Source: ANME-2 cluster archaeon (GTDB taxonomy: Archaea > Halobacteriota > Methanosarcinia > Methanosarcinales > Methanocomedenaceae). From it: a DNA stretch of 64,000 nucleotides. Both the position numbers and the translations under genes were made by a program. This document shows, piece by piece, positions 21,226-31,444 of this stretch. The stretch spans positions 60,138 through 124,137 of the forward strand of contig JAAXOC010000096.1 in the NCBI GenBank assembly GCA_014237145.1. The letters are read 5' to 3'. The notes beneath the pieces were generated by a model, which was not told the origin of the DNA, made no database searches, and saw nothing but the letters and a program-made list of their open reading frames with translations. The first letter of the stretch is position 1. Each line of letters starts with the position of its first letter.

Positions 21226-21984
21226 ATGGAAGAAGAGATAATCAATGAATTCACTTCAATCAAAGGAGTCGGCGAATCCAGGGCAAAGGCCTTGTATGAA
21301 GCAGGATATACTTCGATTGGGGACTTGAATGATGCCACTGCTGAGGAGTTATCCAGGGTTAGAGGTATTACCGACCAGTTGGCTGAGAGGATCAAGAACG
21401 AGGTTTCCCAGATATATGAAGATATCGAGGCCGGTGAAGCAGTTGAAGAATCTACACAAGAAGTAGTCAGGACTGAAAAAGTTGAGGCTGAAAAGGAATT
21501 CGAAGAACAAGCTGGGGAAGACGACGACGAAAACAAAGAAATCGAAGCAGTCCCAAAGGCAGAACTTGAACTGGATCCCGAATCCCAGAGACTGCTGAAA
21601 GTCAGGAAGAAGCAAAAAGCCAAAAAGCCAAATTTTGTCCAGACTGATCTGCACAAGAAAAAGAGACTTAAAAATTACTGGCGGCGGCCCAAGGGATTGC
21701 ATAACAAGAAACGGCGCTATATCCTTGGAAAGAGTGGAATGGCCAGGGTAGGATATGGAAGTCCCGTTGCAGTGAAGGGGCTTCATCCCTCAGGTTTCCA
21801 GGATATGCTGATGTCCAGGGTACAGGATCTTGATGAAATAGACCCAAGTACACAGGCAGTTCGCATTGCCAGAACAGTGGGACAGCGTAAGCGTATGGAG
21901 ATTGTCAATAAAGCCAGGAGCCTTGGACTGAAGATACTGAACCCTCCAACAGAAATGCATCCAGTGGAAGAGGAGGTGCAGTGA
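21226..21984 (+). CDS. rpl32e: Ribosomal protein L32e (eL32) with N-terminal helix-hairpin-helix and acidic linker
   Basis: The ATG at 21226 follows taGGTGA. The N-terminus has [17 protein letters not shown]...[12 protein letters not shown]. The C-terminus is the L32e core ([12 protein letters not shown]). Confidence 0.9.
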   Translation: MEEEIINEFTSIKGVGESRAKALYEAGYTSIGDLNDATAEELSRVRGITDQLAERIKNEVSQIYEDIEAGEAVEESTQEVVRTEKVEAEKEFEEQAGEDDDENKEIEAVPKAELELDPESQRLLKVRKKQKAKKPNFVQTDLHKKKRLKNYWRRPKGLHNKKRRYILGKSGMARVGYGSPVAVKGLHPSGFQDMLMSRVQDLDEIDPSTQAVRIARTVGQRKRMEIVNKARSLGLKILNPPTEMHPVEEEVQ

Positions 21985-21985
21985 A

Positions 21986-22438
21986 ATGACTGATCTACGT
22001 AACCAGCGCAACATCGCAGCTCATGTACTAGATGTAGGTGTCCACAGAGTATGGATGGATCCGGAAGCTGCCGGTGATATTGCTAATGCGATCACACGCC
22101 AGGATATCAGGGAACTCATATCTGAGGGCGTAATTAAAGCCAAACCTGTAAAGGGTGTATCCAGGGGCAGAGCCCGGAAACTGGATATTAAGCGGGCATA
22201 CGGACACCGCAAGGGTCACGGTTCAAGAAAAGGAGCCAAAGGTGCACGCAATCCAAAGAAAAGGCAGTGGATAAAGAAAATACGCGCATTAAGAAGAAGG
22301 CTGCATGAAATGAAAGACGATGGTACGCTGGATAAGTCCACATATAACAGGATGTACCGCAAAGCCAAAGGCGGCGTATACAGGAATGTGGCACACATGG
22401 AAGTGCATATCGAATCCCTTGAACACAAGGAGGACTGA
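21986..22438 (+). CDS. rpl19e: Ribosomal protein L19e (eL19)
   Basis: The 150-aa ORF is called from its operon position. Confidence 0.95.
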   Translation: MTDLRNQRNIAAHVLDVGVHRVWMDPEAAGDIANAITRQDIRELISEGVIKAKPVKGVSRGRARKLDIKRAYGHRKGHGSRKGAKGARNPKKRQWIKKIRALRRRLHEMKDDGTLDKSTYNRMYRKAKGGVYRNVAHMEVHIESLEHKED

Positions 22439-22440
22439 GA

Positions 22441-22965
22441 ATGGCAACAGGACCAAGATACAAAGTACCTTTCCGACGCAGAAGAGAGGGTAAGACCGAT
22501 TATCGTCAGCGTCTTCATCTATTGATTTCAAAACAGCCCAGGATAGTAGCACGCAGTAGCCTGCGCCACATGAAACTCCAGCTGGCCACACCAAAGCCTG
22601 AGGGGGACAATACCTGGGTTCATGCAGATTCCAGCGAACTTGAAAAATACGGCTATACAAGTAGCACAGGTAATACACCTGCGGCGTACCTTACGGGCCT
22701 GCTCTTCGGGTATAAGGCCAAGGCAGCGGGTTATGAAAACGCCATCCTGGATATGGGATTACAGGTCTCATCCAAAGGCTGCCGGGTATATGCTGCATTG
22801 AAAGGTGTGGTGGATTCGGGTTTCGAAGTACCCCATGACCCAGGGATATTCCCGAAGGAATCCAGGATAAAGGGTGAAGAGATCATGGAATACACAGGTA
22901 CGGATATACCTGCCCAGTTCGAGGAAGCTTTGGCAAAGATAAAGAATGAATTCGGGGAGGATTAA
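22441..22965 (+). CDS. rpl18: Ribosomal protein L18 (uL18)
   Basis: The 174-aa ORF has [13 protein letters not shown]. Confidence 0.95.
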   Translation: MATGPRYKVPFRRRREGKTDYRQRLHLLISKQPRIVARSSLRHMKLQLATPKPEGDNTWVHADSSELEKYGYTSSTGNTPAAYLTGLLFGYKAKAAGYENAILDMGLQVSSKGCRVYAALKGVVDSGFEVPHDPGIFPKESRIKGEEIMEYTGTDIPAQFEEALAKIKNEFGED

Positions 22966-22968
22966 ACA

Positions 22969-23589
22969 ATGGCATACGATTATGAAACGGAATGGGTTCC
23001 AAAGACACGATTGGGACAGCTGGTAAAAGAAGGCCAGATAACGTCAATTGAAGAGGCCCTGTCCTCTGGACTCCCTATAAAGGAACCCCAGTTGGTGGAT
23101 GCGCTGCTTCCAGAACTCAAGGAGGAAGTACTGGACATAAATATGGTCCAGAGGATGACCGATTCGGGCAGGCGTGTCAAGTTCAGGGCAGTTGTAGTAG
23201 TAGGCAATGAGGATGGTTACATAGGTCTGGGCCAGGGTAAGGATGTCCAGGTGGGACCTGCCATCAGGAAGGCCATAGATTCTGCAAAGATCAATATCTC
23301 AGGTATCAAGCGAGGATGCGGTTCCTGGGAGTGCGGATGCGATACAGAGCATACCGTGCCCTTTGAGGTCGTGGGTAAGATGGGCAGTGTAAAGGTCATA
23401 TTGAAACCCGCACCCAGGGGTCTGGGTCTGGCAGCCGGAAAAACGGCAAAGACTGTTATGCAATTGGCAGGTATCAAGGATGTCTGGACCAGGACAGAAG
23501 GGCAGACCAGGACCACCTTAAACTTTGCCAAGGCCACTTATGAAGCATTGAAAAGGACCGCAGTAGTCCGTACCGTGGGGGCAAAGTAA
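22969..23589 (+). CDS. rps5: Ribosomal protein S5 (uS5)
   Basis: The 206-aa ORF is called from its operon position. Confidence 0.95.
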   Translation: MAYDYETEWVPKTRLGQLVKEGQITSIEEALSSGLPIKEPQLVDALLPELKEEVLDINMVQRMTDSGRRVKFRAVVVVGNEDGYIGLGQGKDVQVGPAIRKAIDSAKINISGIKRGCGSWECGCDTEHTVPFEVVGKMGSVKVILKPAPRGLGLAAGKTAKTVMQLAGIKDVWTRTEGQTRTTLNFAKATYEALKRTAVVRTVGAK

Positions 23590-24050
23590 TGTATACCGCA
23601 GTGCGGCTAAGAAGTACGGTTAATACCAGGCCAGAGATCAGGGATACCCTGAAGATGCTCAGGCTCAACAGGCTCAATCACTGTGTTGTTCTTGAAGAGA
23701 ATCCACATAACAAGGGTATGATTCAGAAAGTGAAGGACTATGTGGCATGGGGAAATATTTCCCCTGAAGCTTTATCCCAGCTTATACGCAAGCGAGGCGA
23801 ACTTAAGGGAAATGGCGCACTAGATGATGAGTACGTTAAGGAGAATACTTCCTTTGACGGTATCAATGCACTGGCACAGGCAATCTGCTCAGGTGAAGTA
23901 TCTATCAAGGATGTCCCTATGCTAAATCCTGTATTCAGGCTCCATCCGCCTAGGAAAGGACATAAAGGTATCAAGAAAACGGTGCCTGAAGGTGGAGTAC
24001 TTGGTTATCACGGCGACGATATCAATGCACTTCTTCACAAGATGAGGTGA
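23589..24050 (+). CDS. rpl30: Ribosomal protein L30 (uL30)
   Basis: The 153-aa ORF is called from its operon position. Confidence 0.95.
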   Translation: MYTAVRLRSTVNTRPEIRDTLKMLRLNRLNHCVVLEENPHNKGMIQKVKDYVAWGNISPEALSQLIRKRGELKGNGALDDEYVKENTSFDGINALAQAICSGEVSIKDVPMLNPVFRLHPPRKGHKGIKKTVPEGGVLGYHGDDINALLHKMR

Positions 24051-24055
24051 TACTT

Positions 24056-24556
24056 ATGAAAAAGAACATAACCAAATTCAGAGGTTCCAGGACGTGCGGA
24101 GGCGGCACACATAAGAACCGCCGAGGAGGGGGAAGCCGAGGAGGCCGGGGTAACGCAGGTGGGTGCAAACATCATTTCGTGCGCAATTACATGAAAGGCA
24201 TGGCATATGGCAAGCACGGATTCAAACGTCCACAAAAGGTCCTTTCAAATAAACCCATTGTGAATGTGGGTGAACTGGACGAACTGGCTGAACAACTGGT
24301 GCAGTATGGTGAGGCGCATAAACAAGGCGATATTTATCATATCAACTTGGCAGAACTGGAATACCCAATAGTGAAAGTACTGGGTAATGGCAGGATCACC
24401 AAACCCATGGCTATCACAGTCTCTGAATGTAGTGCAAGGGCAAGATTCAAGATCGAAGAAGCTGGCGGCAGTATAGAAAAATATATCCCATCAGTCAAAG
24501 AAGTAGACATTGAACCGGAAGAAACCGGGGAACCAGATGTTGAAGAAGACGTCTGA
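24056..24556 (+). CDS. rpl15: Ribosomal protein L15 (uL15)
   Basis: The ATG at 24056 ([17 protein letters not shown]) follows aggtga. The track ORF starts at 24047. Confidence 0.9.
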   Translation: MKKNITKFRGSRTCGGGTHKNRRGGGSRGGRGNAGGCKHHFVRNYMKGMAYGKHGFKRPQKVLSNKPIVNVGELDELAEQLVQYGEAHKQGDIYHINLAELEYPIVKVLGNGRITKPMAITVSECSARARFKIEEAGGSIEKYIPSVKEVDIEPEETGEPDVEEDV

Positions 24557-24566
24557 TCATTAATTC

Positions 24567-24620
24567 ATGGAAAAAAAAACAATAATGTTAAATTATTGTT
24601 TTTCCATTCCATATTTTTAA
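24567..24620 (+). terminator. AT-rich hairpin plus T-tract between rpl15 and secY
   Basis: atggaaaaaaaaacaataat / attattgtttttccat is an inverted repeat, followed by tccatattttt. Confidence 0.35.
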
Positions 24621-24666
24621 TATCAAAATCAGTTGCATTTATTAATATCAAAATCGGGTGCATTTT

Positions 24667-26214
24667 ATGACCTTAAAGGATACAATCGAACCAATCTTGC
24701 GAAAACTTCCGGCTGTATCAAGACCGGAGGGGCATGTCCATTTCAAGAAGAAACTGACTTGGACTCTGAGCATACTAGTGATGTATTTCGCTTTGTCCAA
24801 TGTTCCGCTTTTCGGCATGTCTCCTGAATCCATAGACCTGTTCGAACAATACAGGGCATTCTTTGCAGGGGCTTCGGGCTCACTCTTGCTACTGGGTATC
24901 GGCCCCATTGTTACTGCATCCATTGTGTTACAGCTGCTGGTGGGAGCTGATGTGATCAAGATGGACCTGAGCAACCCCCAGGACCAGGCGATCTTCCAGG
25001 GAGTCCAGAAACTGCTGGTGTTTGTGATGATCATATTGACAGCGTTGCCCCAGATCTTAGGCGGGTACATCAAGCCCGATGTCGGCCTGGCAGCCATACT
25101 GGCAGCGGATTTCAACATCTCTGCCGCAGCCGGGTTGGATCTTGTGCTGTTGATCATATTCATTCAGATATTCATTGGCGGAACCTTGATATTGTTCATG
25201 GATGAGGTGGTATCCAAATGGGGAATAGGTTCCGGCGTGGGACTGTTCATTGTGGCAGGAGTGTCACAGGCGATCGTTACGGGCCTGTTCAGTATAACAC
25301 GCCCGGGAGGACCTGGCAGTGCACCAGTTGGCCTTTTACCAAAATGGCTGTATTTCACTACCGATGTGGGACTTGGCAACCTGTTCTCAGATAATGCTTT
25401 CCAGAACGTTTTCATCGATGGCGGTATCCTGGCACTGATAAGTACGGTCCTGATTTTCCTTGTGGTGGTATATGTAGAATCCACCCGTATCGAGATACCT
25501 CTGGCCCATAGTGCGGTGCGGGGTGCCAGGGGCAGGTTCCCTGTAAAGCTTATTTATGCCAGTGTACTTCCCATGATACTGGTCAGGGCACTGCAGGCAA
25601 ATATCCAAATGGTAGGCATGCTGCTGTTCAATAAAGGGATTACGTTCTTTGGTGAGTTCAGGGGCGGTACTGCTACCAGCGGCCTGATGTATTATTTATC
25701 GCCATTACACGGTCCCAGTGATTGGATACCCAGTCTGGTGAAGCAGAATTTTGATGATATTAATATGCAGTTTGCTACTGAAGCCACCGGTTTTGCACCT
25801 GTAGATGTACCGGCTACCTGGCAGATATTATTACATGTGGGCGCGGATGCTACCATGTTGATAGTTGGTGGTGTCATATTTGCGCTGTTCTGGATAGAGA
25901 CTACAGGTATGAATGCAAAGAACACGGCCCAGAAGATACACAATTCAGGTATGCAAATACCGGGATTCAGGCGGAACATTGACAGTATTGAGCGGGTTAT
26001 GAACCGTTATATTCCAAGAGTTACTATTATCGGAGGTGCGTTCATCGGACTGTTGACACTGTTGGCCAGTCTCATGGGTACGCTGGGTGGTGCAGGAGGG
26101 ACCGGTCTGCTGCTGGCTGTGAGTATTGTATATAGGCTGTACGAGGACCTGGCATCCGAACAGATGATGGAGATGCATCCAATGATGAGACAATTCCTCG
26201 GAGGTACTTCATAG
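24667..26214 (+). CDS. secY: Protein translocase subunit SecY
   Basis: This polytopic membrane ORF starts MTLKDTIEPILRKLPAVSRPEGHVHFKKKLTWT. The track ORF starts at GTG 24658. Confidence 0.95.
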   Translation: MTLKDTIEPILRKLPAVSRPEGHVHFKKKLTWTLSILVMYFALSNVPLFGMSPESIDLFEQYRAFFAGASGSLLLLGIGPIVTASIVLQLLVGADVIKMDLSNPQDQAIFQGVQKLLVFVMIILTALPQILGGYIKPDVGLAAILAADFNISAAAGLDLVLLIIFIQIFIGGTLILFMDEVVSKWGIGSGVGLFIVAGVSQAIVTGLFSITRPGGPGSAPVGLLPKWLYFTTDVGLGNLFSDNAFQNVFIDGGILALISTVLIFLVVVYVESTRIEIPLAHSAVRGARGRFPVKLIYASVLPMILVRALQANIQMVGMLLFNKGITFFGEFRGGTATSGLMYYLSPLHGPSDWIPSLVKQNFDDINMQFATEATGFAPVDVPATWQILLHVGADATMLIVGGVIFALFWIETTGMNAKNTAQKIHNSGMQIPGFRRNIDSIERVMNRYIPRVTIIGGAFIGLLTLLASLMGTLGGAGGTGLLLAVSIVYRLYEDLASEQMMEMHPMMRQFLGGTS

Positions 26215-26215
26215 T

Positions 26216-26869
26216 ATGGTCAATCTGGTATTACTTGGTGCGCCGGGTGCGGGTAAGGGCACCCAGGCCAAGATGCTGGCAGGGAAGTACGGTATCCTTC
26301 ACATATCCACAGGCGATATATTACGTGAGAATGTGAGCAATAATACCGAACTGGGCCAAAAAGCAAAGGAGTACATGGACAAGGGTGAACTCGTCCCTGA
26401 CACTGTACTGATAGATATTATCAAGGACAGGTTATCTAAACCTGACACCGATAACGGATTCCTGCTGGACGGCTATCCACGGACCATTCCCCAGGCAGTG
26501 GCACTGGACGATATCTTCAGCCAGTTGGGAAAGAGACTGGATGTAGTGATAGATATCAAGGTTCAGGACGAGGAACTGGTGGCAAGGCTGGCAGGCAGGC
26601 GGATGTGTAAATGCGGTGCCAGCTATCACGCAACGTTCAATCCTCCAAAGGAGGATGGGATATGCGATGTATGTGGCGGGGAATTGTACCAGCGTGACGA
26701 TGATACCGAAAGCTCAGTGAAGACCAGGCTGGTCGCTTATTACAACCAGACCCACCCGCTTATTGATTATTATACCGATAAAGGATTGTTGCATACTGTT
26801 AGTGGTACCGGGGATATTGAGGATATCTTTGGTGAGATCACAGTCGTTATTGATAAGATATTGGAGTAG
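26216..26869 (+). CDS. adk: Adenylate kinase (long type with a Cys4 zinc lid)
   Basis: The 217-aa ORF has the P-loop GAPGAGKGTQ and the lid CKCG...CDVCGG. Confidence 0.95.
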   Translation: MVNLVLLGAPGAGKGTQAKMLAGKYGILHISTGDILRENVSNNTELGQKAKEYMDKGELVPDTVLIDIIKDRLSKPDTDNGFLLDGYPRTIPQAVALDDIFSQLGKRLDVVIDIKVQDEELVARLAGRRMCKCGASYHATFNPPKEDGICDVCGGELYQRDDDTESSVKTRLVAYYNQTHPLIDYYTDKGLLHTVSGTGDIEDIFGEITVVIDKILE

Positions 26870-26872
26870 GAC

Positions 26873-27484
26873 ATGCCAAAATCTGACTTTAAGCAGACAC
26901 TGGAAAGGGCTGCACTTGCCCTTGGTTTCGGAATGATGTTCGGAATCATCCTGCTTGGTGAACGTTTCAGGATACAGGTGGGTGAGGTAGTACAGATATT
27001 ACTGGGGCCGCTGCCCGATATCCTGCCCTTCCATATTATGCTGTTCGTAATGGCCGCTATTACCGGCCTGTATGCATCGCTGATACAGAAATATACAATG
27101 GATTGGGAACTGATGCGCCGGGTGCAGGACCAGATGAAGAACTTCCAGAAGGAGTTCAGGGAGGCGCAGCTTGCAGATAACCAGGCTAAAGTGAAGAAAC
27201 TGGAAGCCGAGCGCTCAGCCATGATGAATGACCAGATGCAAATGACCAAACAGCAGTTCAAACCCATGGCTTATATCAGCATTATCTCGCTGCCCCTGTT
27301 CATGTGGGCGTATCTTTACATTGGGGAGCACCCTGACCCAGTCCTTATTTTCCCGTTCTGGGGTGAAAAGTCGCTGACCGGGTTTGCACTGGGTCCCATC
27401 CAGTACTGGATATACTGGTATTTCATTTGCAGTCTGCCAATCAGCCAGATTATCAGGAAGAGCCTGAATATCGGCGGCGTGTGA
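26873..27484 (+). CDS. DUF106 / EMC3-TMCO1-like membrane protein (archaeal Oxa1/YidC-superfamily member)
   Basis: The 203-aa ORF has three transmembrane segments plus a coiled-coil loop. It sits in the conserved slot between adk and cmk. Confidence 0.7.
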   Translation: MPKSDFKQTLERAALALGFGMMFGIILLGERFRIQVGEVVQILLGPLPDILPFHIMLFVMAAITGLYASLIQKYTMDWELMRRVQDQMKNFQKEFREAQLADNQAKVKKLEAERSAMMNDQMQMTKQQFKPMAYISIISLPLFMWAYLYIGEHPDPVLIFPFWGEKSLTGFALGPIQYWIYWYFICSLPISQIIRKSLNIGGV

Positions 27485-27486
27485 AC

Positions 27487-28026
27487 ATGATAATTACAGT
27501 CAGCGGTCCACCAGGGAGCGGGAAGAGTACGCTTTCAAGGATGATAGCTGAATATTTTAACCTGGAACTTGTATCTTCAGGTGACGTTTTCAGGGCCATG
27601 GCAAAGGAAAAGGGAGTGGATCTTGAAAAGTTAGGGCACATGGCCGAAGCTGATCCTGCCATTGACAAGGAGATAGACAGGCGGCAGGTGGAGCTTTCAA
27701 AGACTAAAGGGGATTTCCTGTTTGAGGGACGTCTATCGGGCTGCCTGATAGATGCGGACCTGAAGATAATGCTCAAGACTGATGTGGAGGTCAGGGCAAG
27801 GCGCATCGCAGGCAGGGAAAATATTTCCCCAAAGCAGGCCATGCACGAGACCATGGTACGCCAAAAGAGTGAAGCAAAGCGGTACAGGGTGCACTATGAT
27901 ATCGATATAACAGATTTGACCCTGTATGACCTGGTGATCGAGTCAAGTGTCTGGGACCAGGATGCTACGGCAAATGTTGCTATTACAGCAATTGGATCTA
28001 TGAAGAAAAAGGGACTGAGGGGTTAG
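27487..28026 (+). CDS. cmk: Cytidylate kinase (archaeal type)
   Basis: The ATG at 27487 gives MIITVSGPPGSGKSTLSRMIAE. The track ORF starts at 27427, inside the previous gene. Confidence 0.9.
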   Translation: MIITVSGPPGSGKSTLSRMIAEYFNLELVSSGDVFRAMAKEKGVDLEKLGHMAEADPAIDKEIDRRQVELSKTKGDFLFEGRLSGCLIDADLKIMLKTDVEVRARRIAGRENISPKQAMHETMVRQKSEAKRYRVHYDIDITDLTLYDLVIESSVWDQDATANVAITAIGSMKKKGLRG

Positions 28027-29046
28027 ATGGAGGAAAAACTTCCTGCTGACATCAAACGGGAACTGAAATGCAAAGTGGAGGATACCACTGACCCTGCTTA
28101 TGGATTTATTCCTAACAAGCGTCCTATAAGGGAGCATATTACCCATGGTGTAATTAATCTCGACAAACCGGCCGGACCTACCAGTCATGAGGTGGTGTCG
28201 TGGGTGAAGAAGATACTGGACCTTCCCAGGGCAGGGCACGGCGGGACACTGGACCCTAAGGTTACTGGTCTTTTGCCTATTATGATGGGCGATGCAACCA
28301 AGTCGGTTGGGGCGCTGATGACTGCGGGGAAGGAATATATATGTTTAATGAAATTACACACCACTGTAAAAAAGACCGTAGTTAAGGAGATTGCACAGGA
28401 GTTCACCGGACCTATCTACCAGAGACCTCCGGTAAAGTCGGCTGTGAAACGTGAGGTAAGGATACGCAATATCTATTACCTGGATATTCCTGAGATCAAT
28501 GGTACTAATGTGCTGATGCGCGTGGGCTGTGAGGCCGGTACTTATATCAGGAAATTGTGCCATGATATGGGCGAAGCTCTTGGTTCTGGTGCACATATGC
28601 AGGAGTTGCGGAGAACCCGTAGCGGACCGTTTAAGGAAGATGACAGCACGATGACGCTGTTCGACTTGAAGGATGCTATGGTCATATACCAGGAGTCAGA
28701 TGACGAGAGCGAACTGCGCCGGGTGATACAGCCAATGGAGGCAGGTCTTGTGCATCTACCCAGGATTATGATAAGGGACAGTGCTGTGGACCCTATATGT
28801 CACGGTGCCAGCCTGGCCGCACCCGGTGTGGTGAAGGTCGATACTGATATGAACACGGGCGATATGGTGCTGGTCATGCGCTTAAAAGGCGAAGCGGTTG
28901 CGCTTGCATGGAGTCTTATGGATACGGATGCCGTGCTTGAGGCCCAGACTGGTATGGTGGCCGACACCAAGCGGGTGCTGATGCCTGAGGGTACTTATCC
29001 CAAGGGCTGGACAGCGAAGACGGAAAAATCTGATGAAGCTGACTGA
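28027..29046 (+). CDS. cbf5: tRNA/rRNA pseudouridine synthase Cbf5 (TruB family, H/ACA RNP catalytic subunit)
   Basis: The 339-aa ORF has GVINLDKPAGPTSHEVV and the catalytic GHGGTLDPKVTG, plus a C-terminal PUA-like region. Confidence 0.9.
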   Translation: MEEKLPADIKRELKCKVEDTTDPAYGFIPNKRPIREHITHGVINLDKPAGPTSHEVVSWVKKILDLPRAGHGGTLDPKVTGLLPIMMGDATKSVGALMTAGKEYICLMKLHTTVKKTVVKEIAQEFTGPIYQRPPVKSAVKREVRIRNIYYLDIPEINGTNVLMRVGCEAGTYIRKLCHDMGEALGSGAHMQELRRTRSGPFKEDDSTMTLFDLKDAMVIYQESDDESELRRVIQPMEAGLVHLPRIMIRDSAVDPICHGASLAAPGVVKVDTDMNTGDMVLVMRLKGEAVALAWSLMDTDAVLEAQTGMVADTKRVLMPEGTYPKGWTAKTEKSDEAD

Positions 29047-29081
29047 AAATGTCAGTCGAACGCAAAATACGATACCTTGAT

Positions 29082-29166
29082 GCCGAGGTAGTCTAGCGGT
29101 ATGGCGCAAGCCTGGAAAGCTTGTGGGGCTTGGTTCCCCTCGGGAGTTCGAATCTCCCCCTCGGCG
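29082..29166 (+). tRNA. tRNA-Ser (anticodon GGA)
   Basis: I folded the cloverleaf by hand. The acceptor is GCCGAGG/CCTCGGC. The anticodon arm is CAAGC-CTGGAAA-GCTTG. The long variable arm is GGGG...CCCC. The T arm is GGGAG-TTCGAAT-CTCCC, and the discriminator is G. Confidence 0.85.
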
Positions 29167-29221
29167 CTTTATTATTCTACGGTTATTGTTATATTTTTTA
29201 TAACGAAACGTTTTTAAATAT

Positions 29222-29800
29222 ATGACGATATGTACAATTTATATGTACGATTTGAGCCATATATTCACGAAATCAAATCTTAAGATTTTCAGACTTTTGA
29301 AGAAGGAAGAAGGGTTATATATCAGGGAGATTGCAGAAAGACTTGCTATATCGCCTTTTTCTGTCCACAATTCGATCAAGTTATTTAAAAGATTGGGGTT
29401 TGTCGAGGTAAAGAAAGTCAAAAACAGGAAAACAATCTATCTAGTCCGGGATAATCCTATACTTAAAAAAATGCTTTCTTTGATAAATATTTCGGACCTA
29501 TCTGGGAATAAAAACTTTAAAAGGCTAATGAAATCAGGAAAGGTGGGGGTTTACGGTAGTTTTGCATCAGGAGAGGATACTAAACATAGCGACATTGATC
29601 TATGGTGCTATAAGCAGGAAAAAGTTTCAAATATTGAACTAAGAGAAATCACCAGGGAGATTGAGAAAGACTTTGGGATGGAAGTAAAACTATTTGTTTT
29701 AAATGACTCAAAGATAAAGGATATAATGGATAATGACCCTGAATTTTTTTACCGGTTGAAATTGAGTTCAATAGCTGTAAATGGTGATGTGTTTGGCTGA
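29222..29800 (+). CDS. wHTH + minimal nucleotidyltransferase (MNT-type antitoxin-like) protein
   Basis: The 192-aa ORF has an N-terminal wHTH (IFRLLKKEEGLYIREIAERL). The NTase motif is GVYGSFASGEDTKHSDIDLW. It overlaps the HEPN ORF by 20 nt. Confidence 0.65.
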   Translation: MTICTIYMYDLSHIFTKSNLKIFRLLKKEEGLYIREIAERLAISPFSVHNSIKLFKRLGFVEVKKVKNRKTIYLVRDNPILKKMLSLINISDLSGNKNFKRLMKSGKVGVYGSFASGEDTKHSDIDLWCYKQEKVSNIELREITREIEKDFGMEVKLFVLNDSKIKDIMDNDPEFFYRLKLSSIAVNGDVFG

Positions 29801-30011
29801 AGTTGAAAGATGTTTCAATAAGGGGTTATTGCAAAAGCGCGGTCCGAGTATCGATTTGGCCAGAAAGAGTATACGGCAGGCAGATATATTTCTCAAGGAT
29901 GCAGGTAAATTAATTGATTCGGACATGACCCGAATGAGTGTACTTGCTTTGTATAATGCATTTTTTCATGCAGCAAGAGCATTGCTTTTTAAAGAGTGGA
30001 GGGGTATATGA
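29781..30011 (+). pseudogene. HEPN-domain toxin gene, 3'-truncated
   Basis: It has a HEPN-like N-terminus (...ALYNAFFHAARALLFKEW) but stops at codon 76, before any Rx4-6H motif. The downstream sequence is not open in any frame. Confidence 0.5.
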
Positions 30012-30104
30012 AAAGAGCGAGGAGTGACTCCCTGGCTTTAAAAATATAAAAAATTCAATCTTAAAACCCAAATTAGCAACGTACTGATACTGACTCACAC
30101 GAAC

Positions 30105-30506
30105 TTAAAGTTCTTTTATATATTCAGCTTCAATTTCTTTAAACATATTAAAATGCTTTTCATTAGCAGTAGCCAATATGAGTTCATATTCATTGGCCGT
30201 TGCTGCAATTATGGCATCAGGAAGTTCAGTCCTATAAGCAGCATCATATTTCTGCCTCAACTTTCCGGCAGTGATGGCGATATTCCTTTCAACCTCAATC
30301 GCTTCCATACAATCCAGTATTCAATAAATTGCACATTCATCGTCAGCATTTCTTGAACCGGATAACAGTTCAGCTTCAGTTATGACCGAAAAGAACCCTA
30401 ATGCACTCTCATCAATAATCCTCATAAGAAAATCCCTGGCATTTTCCCTACCCTTCAGATAATTGATAATGATATCCGTGTCAAGAAGGAACCGGGTTCT
30501 ATACAT
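30105..30506 (-). pseudogene. vapC: PIN-domain VapC toxin interrupted by an in-frame TGA
   Basis: Track ORFs 30321..30506 and 30105..30308 are in the same frame, separated by the TGA at 30321-30323. Together they give FLLDTDIIINYL...SVITEAELL...*...DAIIAATA...LATANEKHF, which are the PIN acidic motifs. Confidence 0.7.
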
Positions 30507-30726
30507 TATCGATCCTCTTCGTTCTTTTATCCCATCCGCTCCTTATGTCATCAACATATTCTATTCCGCCTTTAATCTCGTTTCTTTCGGACCAGACACC
30601 AAATGCTTCCATTGCATTCTCTTTTTGTACATCTCTTTCTAATGTGATCTTCACCACACTATCAACTGCAAGACCCATCGCTTCTTTAATCTTGTAAGGT
30701 AGCGATATATGTCCATCAGGTAACAC
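30499..30726 (-). CDS. vapB: AbrB/SpoVT-type antitoxin (VapB)
   Basis: It has LPDGHISLPYKIKEAMGL and overlaps the vapC start by 8 nt. The frame stays open upstream (IIKTINYTAK) as far as a GGTGA site, so the true start may be a non-canonical codon near 30756. Confidence 0.65.
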   Translation of the reverse strand: MLPDGHISLPYKIKEAMGLAVDSVVKITLERDVQKENAMEAFGVWSERNEIKGGIEYVDDIRSGWDKRTKRIDNV

Positions 30727-30824
30727 TTTAGCGGTATAATTTATAGTTTTTATTATCTCACCTCATTTATGCTATTTGTAACTCCTTTAATTAAATATGT
30801 TCTTACTGGCAATCGCTTATTATT

Positions 30825-30998
30825 TCATATCATGTCCATTTCTATTCCCTCTCCTTTTTCCAGCTCCTCAATAGACTGATCGATGCTTCCAAGAGCCTCT
30901 TTATCCAAAAGAATTTCTAAAGTTTCAGATTCTGCTATACTTAGACCTTTTAAGATGTGAGCCAGTCGTTCGAGGTTAATCAGTTCGACTCTATCCAT
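30825..30998 (-). CDS. Small acidic helical protein (orphan antitoxin-like), 57 aa
   Basis: This ORF is below the track cutoff: MDRVELINLERLAHILKGLSIAESETLEILLDKEALGSIDQSIEELEKGEGIEMDMI. No partner toxin ORF is visible. Confidence 0.3.
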   Translation of the reverse strand: MDRVELINLERLAHILKGLSIAESETLEILLDKEALGSIDQSIEELEKGEGIEMDMI

Positions 30999-31444
30999 TT
31001 ATTTTATTGTTGTCGACATCTATAAATCACCTTCTTATTCTTATGTTTATAGTGATTATATAATATATTCCCTGCTTCATTCTACAATCCCTGTATCCCT
31101 TTAAGGTGGCTGTTGGTCTCTTTGACGTTAAAATCCCGATTGCAAGCATTATGCATTTCATGGATTTATTACTTCTTTAGATGATATCCTGTGGTTAATG
31201 TGGTTGAATTGTTCTTTTGGGCAGTATTTCTTGGGTTATTTTTTTGTATATAATGTGAGCTGTCCATATTAGAAGTGCTGAATAATAGAGTTGATTGAAT
31301 TATCTCTATATGCAGAGGAATAACAAACAAGGTTAAGCAAAATTCTCAATGGACTTAAATAATTTAGAAATTCTTATAACTCATAATGGCATATGATTAT
31401 GAAATATCGCTATCATATATCCCATCACAGGATGGAGGCAGTAA

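Noticed and set aside
30981-30996. cagttcgactctatcc, which is similar to the tRNA-Ser T-arm (agttcgaatctccc). It could be the distal att repeat of an element integrated at tRNA-Ser.
   Set aside because: Only about 12 of 15 positions match, it lies inside a small ORF, and the acceptor-stem part is not duplicated. It is most likely chance.
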